A stretch of DNA of 64,000 nt from positions 1-64,000 of the IMG/VR virus record IMGVR_UViG_3300031841_005424; one strand, 5' to 3'. A model generated the notes under the pieces. It was not told where the DNA came from and did no database searches. It saw only the letters and a list, made by a program, of their open reading frames with translations. The position numbers and the translations under genes were made by a program. The stretch comes from a virus. Below are positions 1 through 6,272 of the stretch, piece after piece (the stretch's first letter is position 1; the number at the start of each line of letters is the position of its first letter).

Positions 1-110
1 ACCTCGCTGGCTTTGAACAAGATTGATTTTTCCAGTTCTTTACGAGTTGGAAGTTTGAATGTTTTTCCACACACTTTGCATTCTTGATATAGAATCTCAA
101 TGTTGTTCAT
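1..110 (-). CDS. partial small protein with CxxC motif (runs off window)
   Basis: ATG at 110 overlaps the stop of 107..313 (ATGA); reads MNNIEILYQECKVCGKTF... Confidence 0.55.
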   Translation of the reverse strand, partial: MNNIEILYQECKVCGKTFKLPTRKELEKSILFKASE

Positions 111-313
111 TCTTTTTTCACCGCAAGTTTCTCAACATACGTGCAAGGCTCTTGAGTCGTCTCTCCATGTGCCCAATGAATAGTCAGGCGGTCATCTAGG
201 TGACCACTGTATGACTTACCATAAAACCCTCGCTCTACTTCAAGCACTATCCCAATCCCTACTTCGTTGTTAGAGTATTTGTGCTTTGCTCTTACCAAGT
301 CACCTACTTTCAC
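107..313 (-). CDS. KOW/SH3-like microprotein (MKVGDLV family)
   Basis: MKVGDLVRAK...GIGIVLEV...LTIHW pattern; 4-nt overlap with upstream gene. Confidence 0.7.
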   Translation of the reverse strand: MKVGDLVRAKHKYSNNEVGIGIVLEVERGFYGKSYSGHLDDRLTIHWAHGETTQEPCTYVEKLAVKKE

Positions 314-525
314 TCTTTGTTTTCCTCACGAAATATTCCGTTCTCTTCAGTAAGAACCATAACTTCGTATTTATTGGTGAGGGTGTTCCACAACTCTTTT
401 CCAGCAACAGAACACTCTTTTCCAAAATAACCTTTCAGCCACTGATGCCGTTCCCAAGAGTTGGGCATAGGAACAAAAATAGAACCTGCTTCATTGTTAG
501 TTCTTATGAACTGACATTGTTTCAT
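310..525 (-). CDS. hypothetical protein
   Basis: ORF with GGGAGA SD upstream, coupled to next gene. Confidence 0.6.
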   Translation of the reverse strand: MKQCQFIRTNNEAGSIFVPMPNSWERHQWLKGYFGKECSVAGKELWNTLTNKYEVMVLTEENGIFREENKE

Positions 526-539
526 TCTTTATTCTCCCT

Positions 540-570
540 AAAAAGGTGTTAGGCAACCAACCCACCTAAC
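540..570 (-). terminator. intrinsic terminator-like hairpin
   Basis: GTTAGGT...GCCTAAC stem followed by ACCTTTTT on minus strand. Confidence 0.5.
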
Positions 571-779
571 TGACTGTTTCCAGTCCCACCCGCAGATTAG
601 CAATCATGGAGTTTATCCCTCTCCCGCTTCATCCTTACAATCAGGGTATCTTCATTATACAATAGAGTGGTGGGGTTTAAACCCACAGGTGTTCAAGTAT
701 TCCTTTGTTAGACTCTTATTCCTTGAACCGGGTTGTGTATCGTCTCAGTAGAACCCTGCGTAATACCGCCTCACTCCAT
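540..779 (-). ncRNA. candidate structured non-coding RNA or long structured leader
   Basis: starts ~7 nt after a perfect TTGACA-17-TATAAT; nested pairings ATGGAGT/ACTCCAT, TTAC/GTAA, CAGGGT/ACCCTG, ATACA/TGTAT, GTTCAAG/CTTGAAC, GTGGG/CCCAC, GACTG-GAAA-CAGTC; ends in terminator-like hairpin. Confidence 0.45.
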
Positions 780-847
780 AATACAATTATACTCCATTTA
801 GAAGTAAATGTCAACCTTTTGTCTCGCACCAAGTCACCGACTTTCAT
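716..847 (-). pseudogene. truncated or overwritten MKVGDLV cassette
   Basis: begins MKVGDLVRDKR with the conserved junction, then runs into the promoter and loses family pattern. Confidence 0.4.
786..814 (-). promoter_or_regulatory. sigma70 consensus promoter
   Basis: TTGACA-N17-TATAAT exact consensus. Confidence 0.85.
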
Positions 848-1019
848 TGATAACCTCACATTCTTCTTGGATATATTTCTTAGAAAAAGAAATCGGTTTT
901 GTGGAATAACTACAAAGAACCTTGTACGGTTCCTTCGTCCTTAAATCACCGATACTAACAATAAGTCCTGGTGAGTCTTCGGGCCATCGTTTGTCTATTA
1001 TCAAATCACCGACTTTCAC
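834..1019 (-). CDS. KOW/SH3-like microprotein (MKVGDLI)
   Basis: GTG start at 1019 after GAGGT SD; ends EVINESR*. Confidence 0.7.
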   Translation of the reverse strand: MKVGDLIIDKRWPEDSPGLIVSIGDLRTKEPYKVLCSYSTKPISFSKKYIQEECEVINESR

Positions 1020-1164
1020 TGATAACCTCACACCCTTGTGTCATGAACCACTTAACCTGACCATCGTGAAAAACTTTCATTGCCCAACCCTGTGGTTCTA
1101 CCCAAAGGACAATGCCTGGATAGTTCCAGCTTCCCGTGTATGAAACCAAATCACCGACCTTCAT
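1006..1164 (-). CDS. KOW/SH3-like microprotein, 52 aa (below ORF-track cutoff)
   Basis: MKVGDLVSYTGSWNYPGIVLWVEPQGWAMKVFHDGQVKWFMTQGCEVISESR*; fills the gap exactly between neighbours. Confidence 0.75.
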   Translation of the reverse strand: MKVGDLVSYTGSWNYPGIVLWVEPQGWAMKVFHDGQVKWFMTQGCEVISESR

Positions 1165-1336
1165 TGATTATTGATACCTCGTCCTCATAAAACCAATGTT
1201 CCTTGGAGTCCCTAAACAACACAAGAACCTCTACCTCTCTATTGGTACCTGTTGGGCGGTACAACTGCTTGACTAAGCCCAGCAATGAACCAGAATCATT
1301 GGCAAATGGTACCTCAACCAAGTCACCGACTTTCAT
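1151..1336 (-). CDS. KOW/SH3-like microprotein (MKVGDLV)
   Basis: MKVGDLVEV...LGLVKQ...VLVLF...WF...EVSIINEGR*. Confidence 0.75.
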   Translation of the reverse strand: MKVGDLVEVPFANDSGSLLGLVKQLYRPTGTNREVEVLVLFRDSKEHWFYEDEVSIINEGR

Positions 1337-1593
1337 TTTTTGTGCCCCCTCATTTTAGCGAACTTTAAATCACGCCGGTCCAACCACACATCGTGGTCTG
1401 CTAGATTGGTTCTAAATCCTGCCATTCGACGGTTACTAAAATTGCTATTGTTCCACAACACTTCATAATAGTACCACCCACAAGTTGGACCCTTGATTTT
1501 AGAGATTATTCCAATATCCCCATCTCTAATCCAAGATGTTCTTTTTACCTTCTTACCGTATGAAGACAATTCTACCAAGTCTCCAACCTTCAT
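1333..1593 (-). CDS. KOW/SH3-like microprotein (MKVGDLV)
   Basis: MKVGDLVEL...IGIISKI...YEVLW...RRDLK. Confidence 0.75.
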   Translation of the reverse strand: MKVGDLVELSSYGKKVKRTSWIRDGDIGIISKIKGPTCGWYYYEVLWNNSNFSNRRMAGFRTNLADHDVWLDRRDLKFAKMRGHKK

Positions 1594-1790
1594 CGGCCGA
1601 TGCCTTTTGCTGCCTGCACTGTGCCAACGTACTGGTAGGCACCCTTATTGTAAGCGGGTGCTGAACACTTGGCTCGTCTGGACGCCTCACGCATGGCTCG
1701 AGTGCTTCCACAATCCAAGCAAGTTCGATAACCCAAGGCCTGGCGCGCTGGAGCATACTCTTCAAAACAATCAATACAAGTGGCTTTCAT
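1590..1790 (-). CDS. TraR/DksA-type C4 zinc-finger protein
   Basis: CIDC-x-E-x4-R-x-A-x5-CLDC spacing typical of the DksA/TraR zinc finger. Confidence 0.65.
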   Translation of the reverse strand: MKATCIDCFEEYAPARQALGYRTCLDCGSTRAMREASRRAKCSAPAYNKGAYQYVGTVQAAKGIGR

Positions 1791-1942
1791 TAGTGAATCT
1801 CCTTGTTATCTGTTGGTAGTAAATACATCTTAACATCATTTAGAACTTCTGTCAAGACTTCTGCTTTGTCTGGATTATCCCAATTTTCGGCAAACTTTTG
1901 GTTAAGTATCCGAACAATCATTTCAACATCAAGTGTTCTCAT
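1790..1942 (-). CDS. hypothetical protein (likely start MRTLDVE)
   Basis: AAGGAG SD before ATG at 1942. Confidence 0.55.
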   Translation of the reverse strand: MRTLDVEMIVRILNQKFAENWDNPDKAEVLTEVLNDVKMYLLPTDNKEIH

Positions 1943-2096
1943 TTCTACTCTCCTTGATTTCTTCCATAATAGAAACAACCTTCTTTCTCCAAGGTCTCGA
2001 CAAAAGGTTAAGCAGTTCTTCTTTTTTCTCGTCACTCTTATCAACCCACATGCGCGCGATGCGCCGGGCACTGGCAAAAGTCGATAGATTCAACAC
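1929..2096 (-). CDS. small helical protein, 55 aa (not in track)
   Basis: MLNLSTFASARRIARMWVDKSDEKKEELLNLLSRPWRKKVVSIMEE...; resembles 3293..3448. Confidence 0.55.
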   Translation of the reverse strand: MLNLSTFASARRIARMWVDKSDEKKEELLNLLSRPWRKKVVSIMEEIKESRNENT

Positions 2097-2281
2097 TTTT
2101 CTTTCTCCATAGTCTGCAGATGTTCCCCTAAAATCTCTTCATAAAAAAGGCTATCTGTTCCTTCTCTAGTCATCATAACACGCCAGATACCCTGCTTAGT
2201 CTTGTGCTCGCCTAAAACATAACCATACCTTACTGTGTTGTTTTTTGTTCTTTGTTGAATAAGTTGCCCGAGCTTAAACAC
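2090..2281 (-). CDS. SH3/KOW-like microprotein
   Basis: MFKLGQLI...YGYVLG...WRVMM; downstream of sigma70 promoter. Confidence 0.6.
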   Translation of the reverse strand: MFKLGQLIQQRTKNNTVRYGYVLGEHKTKQGIWRVMMTREGTDSLFYEEILGEHLQTMEKEKC

Positions 2282-2309
2282 TGTAGCCCTCTTTGTTGTT
2301 TATATTATG

Positions 2310-2338
2310 ATAATAGCAGGATATGTGCTATATGTCAA
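2310..2338 (-). promoter_or_regulatory. sigma70-type promoter
   Basis: TTGACA-N17-TATTAT. Confidence 0.75.
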
Positions 2339-2339
2339 G

Positions 2340-2385
2340 AAAAAAATGGCGGCGATTCGGGTCCGCAAGAATCCCGAATCACCAT
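2340..2385 (-). terminator. intrinsic terminator after hsp20
   Basis: GATTCGGG...CCCGAATC stem then T-run on minus strand. Confidence 0.7.
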
Positions 2386-2391
2386 GGTGTG

Positions 2392-2817
2392 TTACTTGAT
2401 GTCAATCACCAAAGGATTGGCCTCTGGACGGGTCGGAACCCTAATGCTCAAAAGACCATTCTCAAACGTTGCTTCCGCTTGTGTCAAGTCAAGATTGTCA
2501 TCGTAATTGACATATGTTCTGGTGAAGTTCCGGCGAGCAATACGAGACCTTTTTTCATTGTTCTCGTTCACTGTACCGGTAATGGTAATAGTCCGCTTTC
2601 CTGGCTGGACGTTAATATCTAACTCTTCTCGAGTGAAGCCAGCTAAAGCAAATTCTAATACCGTAGAGCCATCGTCGTCTCGATAGATGTCGGCAACGGG
2701 ATAACCCTGTGTGGATGCCTTCAAGTGACTAGGGAAGTCACTGAAGAAGTTATCAAAAACCTCGTTGATAACTTTGTGGCCTAACAAACCAGGCCTATAT
2801 GTGGCAATTGCATTCAT
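2392..2817 (-). CDS. hsp20: small heat shock protein (Hsp20/IbpA family)
   Basis: YPVADIY, EFALAGF, IARRNFTR, ATFENGLLSI alpha-crystallin motifs; AAGGAGG SD. Confidence 0.95.
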   Translation of the reverse strand: MNAIATYRPGLLGHKVINEVFDNFFSDFPSHLKASTQGYPVADIYRDDDGSTVLEFALAGFTREELDINVQPGKRTITITGTVNENNEKRSRIARRNFTRTYVNYDDNLDLTQAEATFENGLLSIRVPTRPEANPLVIDIK

Positions 2818-2890
2818 GTTTGTTTCCTCCTTATTTAAGCAAGTTGCAATATCGTACTCGTTAATCCCTTGCGGCGGTTAACAGTGTACT
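2818..2890 (-). promoter_or_regulatory. structured 5' UTR with ROSE-like RNA thermometer
   Basis: CUUGCUU-AAAU-AAGGAG hairpin sequesters the SD with a bulged G; upstream GCAA-loop hairpin. Confidence 0.6.
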
Positions 2891-2895
2891 TTCTA

Positions 2896-2923
2896 AGTAT
2901 AGCAACATTTCAAACATTGTCAA
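2896..2923 (-). promoter_or_regulatory. sigma70-type promoter for hsp20
   Basis: TTGACA-N16-TATACT with extended TG. Confidence 0.7.
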
Positions 2924-2940
2924 GGAAAAAAATACTTTTT

Positions 2941-3126
2941 TTACCAAGCAGTGTATTCGTTGTCAAAATCTTGCTCTGCTGTTTCCTGAAGTGCAATCCT
3001 TGGTTCATTGCCTTGGACCAAGAAACCTCGAAGCTCCAAGTGGCAATGAAGTTCATCGCTCGTCATATTTGCAAAATCTTCTCTTGCAAGAGAAACACTT
3101 CCGCCCTCATGAGTATCCAAAAACAT
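2941..3126 (-). CDS. hypothetical protein
   Basis: GGAGG SD before ATG at 3126 (MFLDTHEGG...). Confidence 0.55.
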   Translation of the reverse strand: MFLDTHEGGSVSLAREDFANMTSDELHCHLELRGFLVQGNEPRIALQETAEQDFDNEYTAW

Positions 3127-3128
3127 TG

Positions 3129-3212
3129 TTATGGATTCCTCCACCAGTCAATAAGTACTTGGCCAACCCAAAGGCCTACAGCAATCGTAATAACGCTTCC
3201 AATAAATCCCAT
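3129..3212 (-). CDS. 27-aa single-TM micropeptide
   Basis: MGFIGSVITIAVGLWVGQVLIDWWRNP*; tiles the intergenic gap exactly. Confidence 0.5.
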   Translation of the reverse strand: MGFIGSVITIAVGLWVGQVLIDWWRNP

Positions 3213-3213
3213 T

Positions 3214-3315
3214 TTACTTCTCTTTTCTCACAATATATGGCGCAGCGATAACAGCTGCTACTAAAACAATGCCAGTTGCAACGCAAATAGCATCAACGAT
3301 CTTTTGGCGAATCAT
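3214..3315 (-). CDS. 33-aa single-TM micropeptide
   Basis: MIRQKIVDAICVATGIVLVAAVIAAPYIVRKEK*; GAGGA SD. Confidence 0.5.
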   Translation of the reverse strand: MIRQKIVDAICVATGIVLVAAVIAAPYIVRKEK

Positions 3316-3448
3316 CCATTATCCTCTTGAACTCTTCAATTACTTTAATCCTATCACGTCCCGGAATAGAAGTCAAGATTTTTGTTCGTTCTGGTGGAGG
3401 AAATTGTATTAAATGCCTTGCTATACGCCTAACGTTGTTTATGTTCAT
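3293..3448 (-). CDS. small helical protein (start MNINNVRR)
   Basis: GGAG SD before ATG 3448; similar to 1929..2096. Confidence 0.55.
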   Translation of the reverse strand: MNINNVRRIARHLIQFPPPERTKILTSIPGRDRIKVIEEFKRIMDDSPKDR

Positions 3449-3452
3449 GACC

Positions 3453-3605
3453 TTAAATCTCCGATATTGAGACGATTCTCCAATCAGAGCCCATAATAGC
3501 CCTTTGGACATTCGCCTGTACTACTGCCTCTGAGAAAACTACTTTTTCCCAGAAGAACCTTTGCACAGTTTCTTCTCTTTTCAAGACAACCTCAAATTGC
3601 TTCAT
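3453..3605 (-). CDS. hypothetical 50-aa protein (not in track)
   Basis: MKQFEVVLKREETVQRFFWEK...WRIVSISEI*; tiles between neighbours. Confidence 0.55.
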   Translation of the reverse strand: MKQFEVVLKREETVQRFFWEKVVFSEAVVQANVQRAIMGSDWRIVSISEI

Positions 3606-3607
3606 GA

Positions 3608-3874
3608 TTACGACCCCGATACATGATGACCAGGGTACATCGTTTCCGAGGCCAAAAAACAGTCTGTCGCGTCGACTCGAGAAGGGTTCTTCTTCGTGTT
3701 GTCGATTAGCTTCAGGTTTGCATAAACCTTCTTATTTTTCATATCCAAGTCCAATCCGACGACGCGGGCAACATACGAATAGCCAGACATTTTTACCCTA
3801 ACTCGGTCACCTGCTTTGATCTTATTTGGATTCCATTGGTCGAACAATTTCTCAATATCTCTATTCGAGAGCAT
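3608..3874 (-). CDS. SH3/KOW-like protein
   Basis: IKAGDRVRVK...ARVVG; AAGGAGG SD. Confidence 0.6.
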   Translation of the reverse strand: MLSNRDIEKLFDQWNPNKIKAGDRVRVKMSGYSYVARVVGLDLDMKNKKVYANLKLIDNTKKNPSRVDATDCFLASETMYPGHHVSGS

Positions 3875-3895
3875 AAGCTCCTCCTTTTTTCGTTT

Positions 3896-3981
3896 TGGTA
3901 GCTAGGGCGGGACTCGAACCCGCAAGGTCTAGGACCGGCAGATTTTAAGTCTGCTGTGTATACCAGTTCCACCACCCAGCC
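3896..3981 (-). tRNA. tRNA-Leu(UAA)
   Basis: acceptor GGCTGGG/CCTAGCT, anticodon arm GCAGA-CTTAAAA-TCTGC, long variable arm, GGTTCGAGTCC, encoded CCA. Confidence 0.95.
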
Positions 3982-3992
3982 AAATAAAAATG

Positions 3993-4065
3993 TGGAGCAC
4001 CTGGGACTCGAACCCAGAACCAGCGGATTAAAAGTCCGATGCGCTGCCAATTGCGCCAGTGCTCC
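3993..4065 (-). tRNA. tRNA-Lys(UUU)
   Basis: acceptor GGAGCAC/GTGCTCC, anticodon loop CTTTTAA, GGTTCGAGTCC; CCA not encoded. Confidence 0.93.
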
Positions 4066-4083
4066 TAACGCTATCTTTTCTCT

Positions 4084-4112
4084 ATGATATCAAGCTTTTT
4101 TCTATGTGTCAA
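4084..4112 (-). promoter_or_regulatory. sigma70-type promoter for tRNAs
   Basis: TTGACA-N17-TATCAT. Confidence 0.75.
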
Positions 4113-4252
4113 GCAATTTTTATGCGAGAAAACCTAATTTTATCTCCATGCTCTTTTTCGAGCTGTTTCTTTCTCTTCTCACAAATCTTCCTAAGAGCAT
4201 AAATATGCTGCTTTCTGCCATTGTCGATTCTGTACTCGAGATGATAAATCAT
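4109..4252 (-). CDS. basic 47-aa protein (not in track)
   Basis: MIYHLEYRIDNGRKQHIYALRKICEKRKKQLEKEHGDKIRFSRIKIA*; ATG abuts upstream stop. Confidence 0.5.
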   Translation of the reverse strand: MIYHLEYRIDNGRKQHIYALRKICEKRKKQLEKEHGDKIRFSRIKIA

Positions 4253-4438
4253 TTACTTATAGCTCATTTCAATAAGAAAGCAGGCAATCACCAGCATTAT
4301 CCCTAAAGTAAAATAAAGAAACACACCAAGACAACCACCTTTGGCAGCTGCCCAAATGACCTCTCCAGGGTCCTTGGCCTCTTTTGAAGAACGGTATGCA
4401 AAGATACCAGCCATAAGCCACGCTATTGCTCTGAGCAT
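4253..4438 (-). CDS. small membrane protein
   Basis: two hydrophobic segments. Confidence 0.55.
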   Translation of the reverse strand: MLRAIAWLMAGIFAYRSSKEAKDPGEVIWAAAKGGCLGVFLYFTLGIMLVIACFLIEMSYK

Positions 4439-4641
4439 TTTCTCTCCTTTTGACGAATGATCGCTCTTAAACGTTGGTTTTCTTCTTCTAGTTTAGTTCC
4501 ATACTCTAGAAGCCTATCGTTCTCATAGCTGACTTCCTCTATTCTCGAGTCTTCAATACAATTCTTCACAGACAGTACCAAAGATAGAAACACAGCGAAC
4601 AAAGCCATCTTTTCAAGTCTAGTCATGCTTTGAGATCTCAA
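4423..4641 (-). CDS. N-terminal TM plus coiled-coil protein
   Basis: hydrophobic N-terminus, KLEEENQRLR heptads. Confidence 0.55.
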   Translation of the reverse strand: MRSQSMTRLEKMALFAVFLSLVLSVKNCIEDSRIEEVSYENDRLLEYGTKLEEENQRLRAIIRQKERKCSEQ

Positions 4642-4666
4642 GTAAGCCTCTATTCTTTATATTTAT

Positions 4667-4695
4667 ATGATATCAAGTCGCAGAGATGATGTCAA
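4667..4695 (-). promoter_or_regulatory. sigma70-type promoter
   Basis: TTGACA-N17-TATCAT. Confidence 0.75.
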
Positions 4696-4949
4696 GTATT
4701 TTCTTTAGTCTTATCTTGGATAAGGTTTTTTAGGAGGCCGATTCTTTCATCGTCAAAATACGGAGTCCCTGGTAAGCCTTCTTTTGAGAAATAACCATCC
4801 TTAAACCAAAACACTTTCATACTAGACTCTTCTACCTCAACCACAATTCCAATCTCAAGACTTTTGATAGGTAATGACTTTAGTGGTGTTACCGAACCAT
4901 CAGGGTTATAGTAGAACGGGGTGAAATATAAGAGATCACCGACTTCCAC
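4692..4949 (-). CDS. KOW/SH3-like protein (MEVGDLL)
   Basis: VGDL...IGIVVEV...KVFWF; conserved junction with upstream gene. Confidence 0.7.
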   Translation of the reverse strand: MEVGDLLYFTPFYYNPDGSVTPLKSLPIKSLEIGIVVEVEESSMKVFWFKDGYFSKEGLPGTPYFDDERIGLLKNLIQDKTKENT

Positions 4950-5151
4950 TTACAACCTCCAACATCCACCTAGGATAGTCTGCAATCTTGGTTCTCTCTC
5001 CCCAAGTAGCGTATACGCGGAACCAATCCTTATCTATTTGCGAGAATATCACCCCCTTTGTAGCGCGGGTGCGGTCAAACGGATAATGACTGTTATTGCC
5101 TCTTCCAGGTTTTATGAAAACTAAATCCCCAACATTCACCAGTCGTTCCAA
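4936..5151 (-). CDS. KOW/SH3-like protein
   Basis: VNVGDLVFIK...GVIF...FRVY...LEVVSGSR*. Confidence 0.7.
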   Translation of the reverse strand: MERLVNVGDLVFIKPGRGNNSHYPFDRTRATKGVIFSQIDKDWFRVYATWGERTKIADYPRWMLEVVSGSR

Positions 5152-5531
5152 TCTTTGAATAAATCTAGATCTGCGTAGTCCGATGGATTCAAGTCTTTTT
5201 GGAGGTCCTTTTCAGGCTTCTTACGAACAAGGCGAGTTCCACTAAATGCTTCATCGTGCGCATCCATCACTCCTTGGGCCTCGATCACTGGCCAGTCTCC
5301 GGCGCCGCCAACATAAACTCTAAGTTTATCTCCATTGCCGAGCGTTAACACAGGGTCTGCGTTCTTTACCAAGGGGTGCTCAACAAACCTCATAGCCGTA
5401 AAATATTTTGTGCTTGTCGCAGACCTGTGACTGCCAGGGATTTTTAGCGGAAACAATCCTCGACTGTTTGGCTTACTTATCCTTCTCTCTCCATGAAAAA
5501 GAAAAGAGATATGTCTTATCTTATTGTTCAT
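5136..5531 (-). CDS. hypothetical protein
   Basis: 131-aa ORF in tight operon. Confidence 0.6.
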   Translation of the reverse strand: MNNKIRHISFLFHGERRISKPNSRGLFPLKIPGSHRSATSTKYFTAMRFVEHPLVKNADPVLTLGNGDKLRVYVGGAGDWPVIEAQGVMDAHDEAFSGTRLVRKKPEKDLQKDLNPSDYADLDLFKDWNDW

Positions 5532-6208
5532 CTTTTTCTCTTTAGATCAGACTCATGGGCATATATTGGTGACACCTCACCAGTAAGTAGTATCTTGTAA
5601 ATTCTTGCTCCTTTTGCAGAGCGAGTAATTGGAAGGGCATCCGTCTCCAAGATGAAACCAACATGATTTGGCCGTGGTGGACGCATTCGAGTGATACCAC
5701 GATTTGCCAAAGGGATCTTGTTGTTTGCCCGAATCTGAATGCAATCAGATTTATGAAATTTCAATGCTGTATCATATAACTTTGTGATCTTTAAGGCATA
5801 TTTGTTTTCGCAGAAACTCTTCCACTCTGCTCTAGATAGCACAAAATCATCTGGATTTGACAGAACTCTTTTCACAATCTCCTTATAGTACGGAGGATTG
5901 TATTGGTAGTACTGTGCTACTCGATATGCAATCTTTCTTCTCTCTTTGTCAAAGCATTTTCTCCAATCTCTCTCTAGCTTGATTCCTTCATCACTATACT
6001 TTTCCATGAGAGTTTTTAACCACCTATTTTGAGAAAAAGAAAGTTGCTCTTTTTCAGAGAGATGATACTGACAAGATTTCATGAAGTTGACTTCTCTGTC
6101 AGTTGCATACTCCAAACTGCGAATGATAAGGTCACTCACCTCTGTTAGATTGTACTCAATGACATTCCACTTTTCATCTTTCTGGTTACCCCATTTGTGC
6201 CAACCCAT
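5528..6208 (-). CDS. hypothetical protein with C-terminal SH3-like region
   Basis: 226-aa ORF, GGAG SD, downstream of promoter. Confidence 0.7.
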   Translation of the reverse strand: MGWHKWGNQKDEKWNVIEYNLTEVSDLIIRSLEYATDREVNFMKSCQYHLSEKEQLSFSQNRWLKTLMEKYSDEGIKLERDWRKCFDKERRKIAYRVAQYYQYNPPYYKEIVKRVLSNPDDFVLSRAEWKSFCENKYALKITKLYDTALKFHKSDCIQIRANNKIPLANRGITRMRPPRPNHVGFILETDALPITRSAKGARIYKILLTGEVSPIYAHESDLKRKR

Positions 6209-6243
6209 TTTATAAAATCTCCAAAAAACTGTTTTATAATATG

Positions 6244-6272
6244 ATTATATGAAATATTCTCGAGAAAGTCAA
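6244..6272 (-). promoter_or_regulatory. sigma70-type promoter
   Basis: TTGACT-N17-TATAAT. Confidence 0.75.

Noticed and set aside
540-779. Cobalamin riboswitch, hammerhead ribozyme or tmRNA
   Set aside because: Core consensus elements (B12 box, CUGANGA/GAAA core, tRNA-like ends) were not found by eye; kept only as an unassigned structured RNA.
834-1180. Junction repeats read as a CRISPR array
   Set aside because: The intervening sequences are 130-170 nt intact ORFs, the repeats are imperfect, and there are no cas genes.
1790-2077. 95-aa version of this ORF
   Set aside because: The upstream half is better explained by a separate gene in another frame (1929..2096); the SD-supported start is at 1942.
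3793-4050. 85-aa ORF in the track
   Set aside because: It overlaps the two tRNA genes and is spurious.
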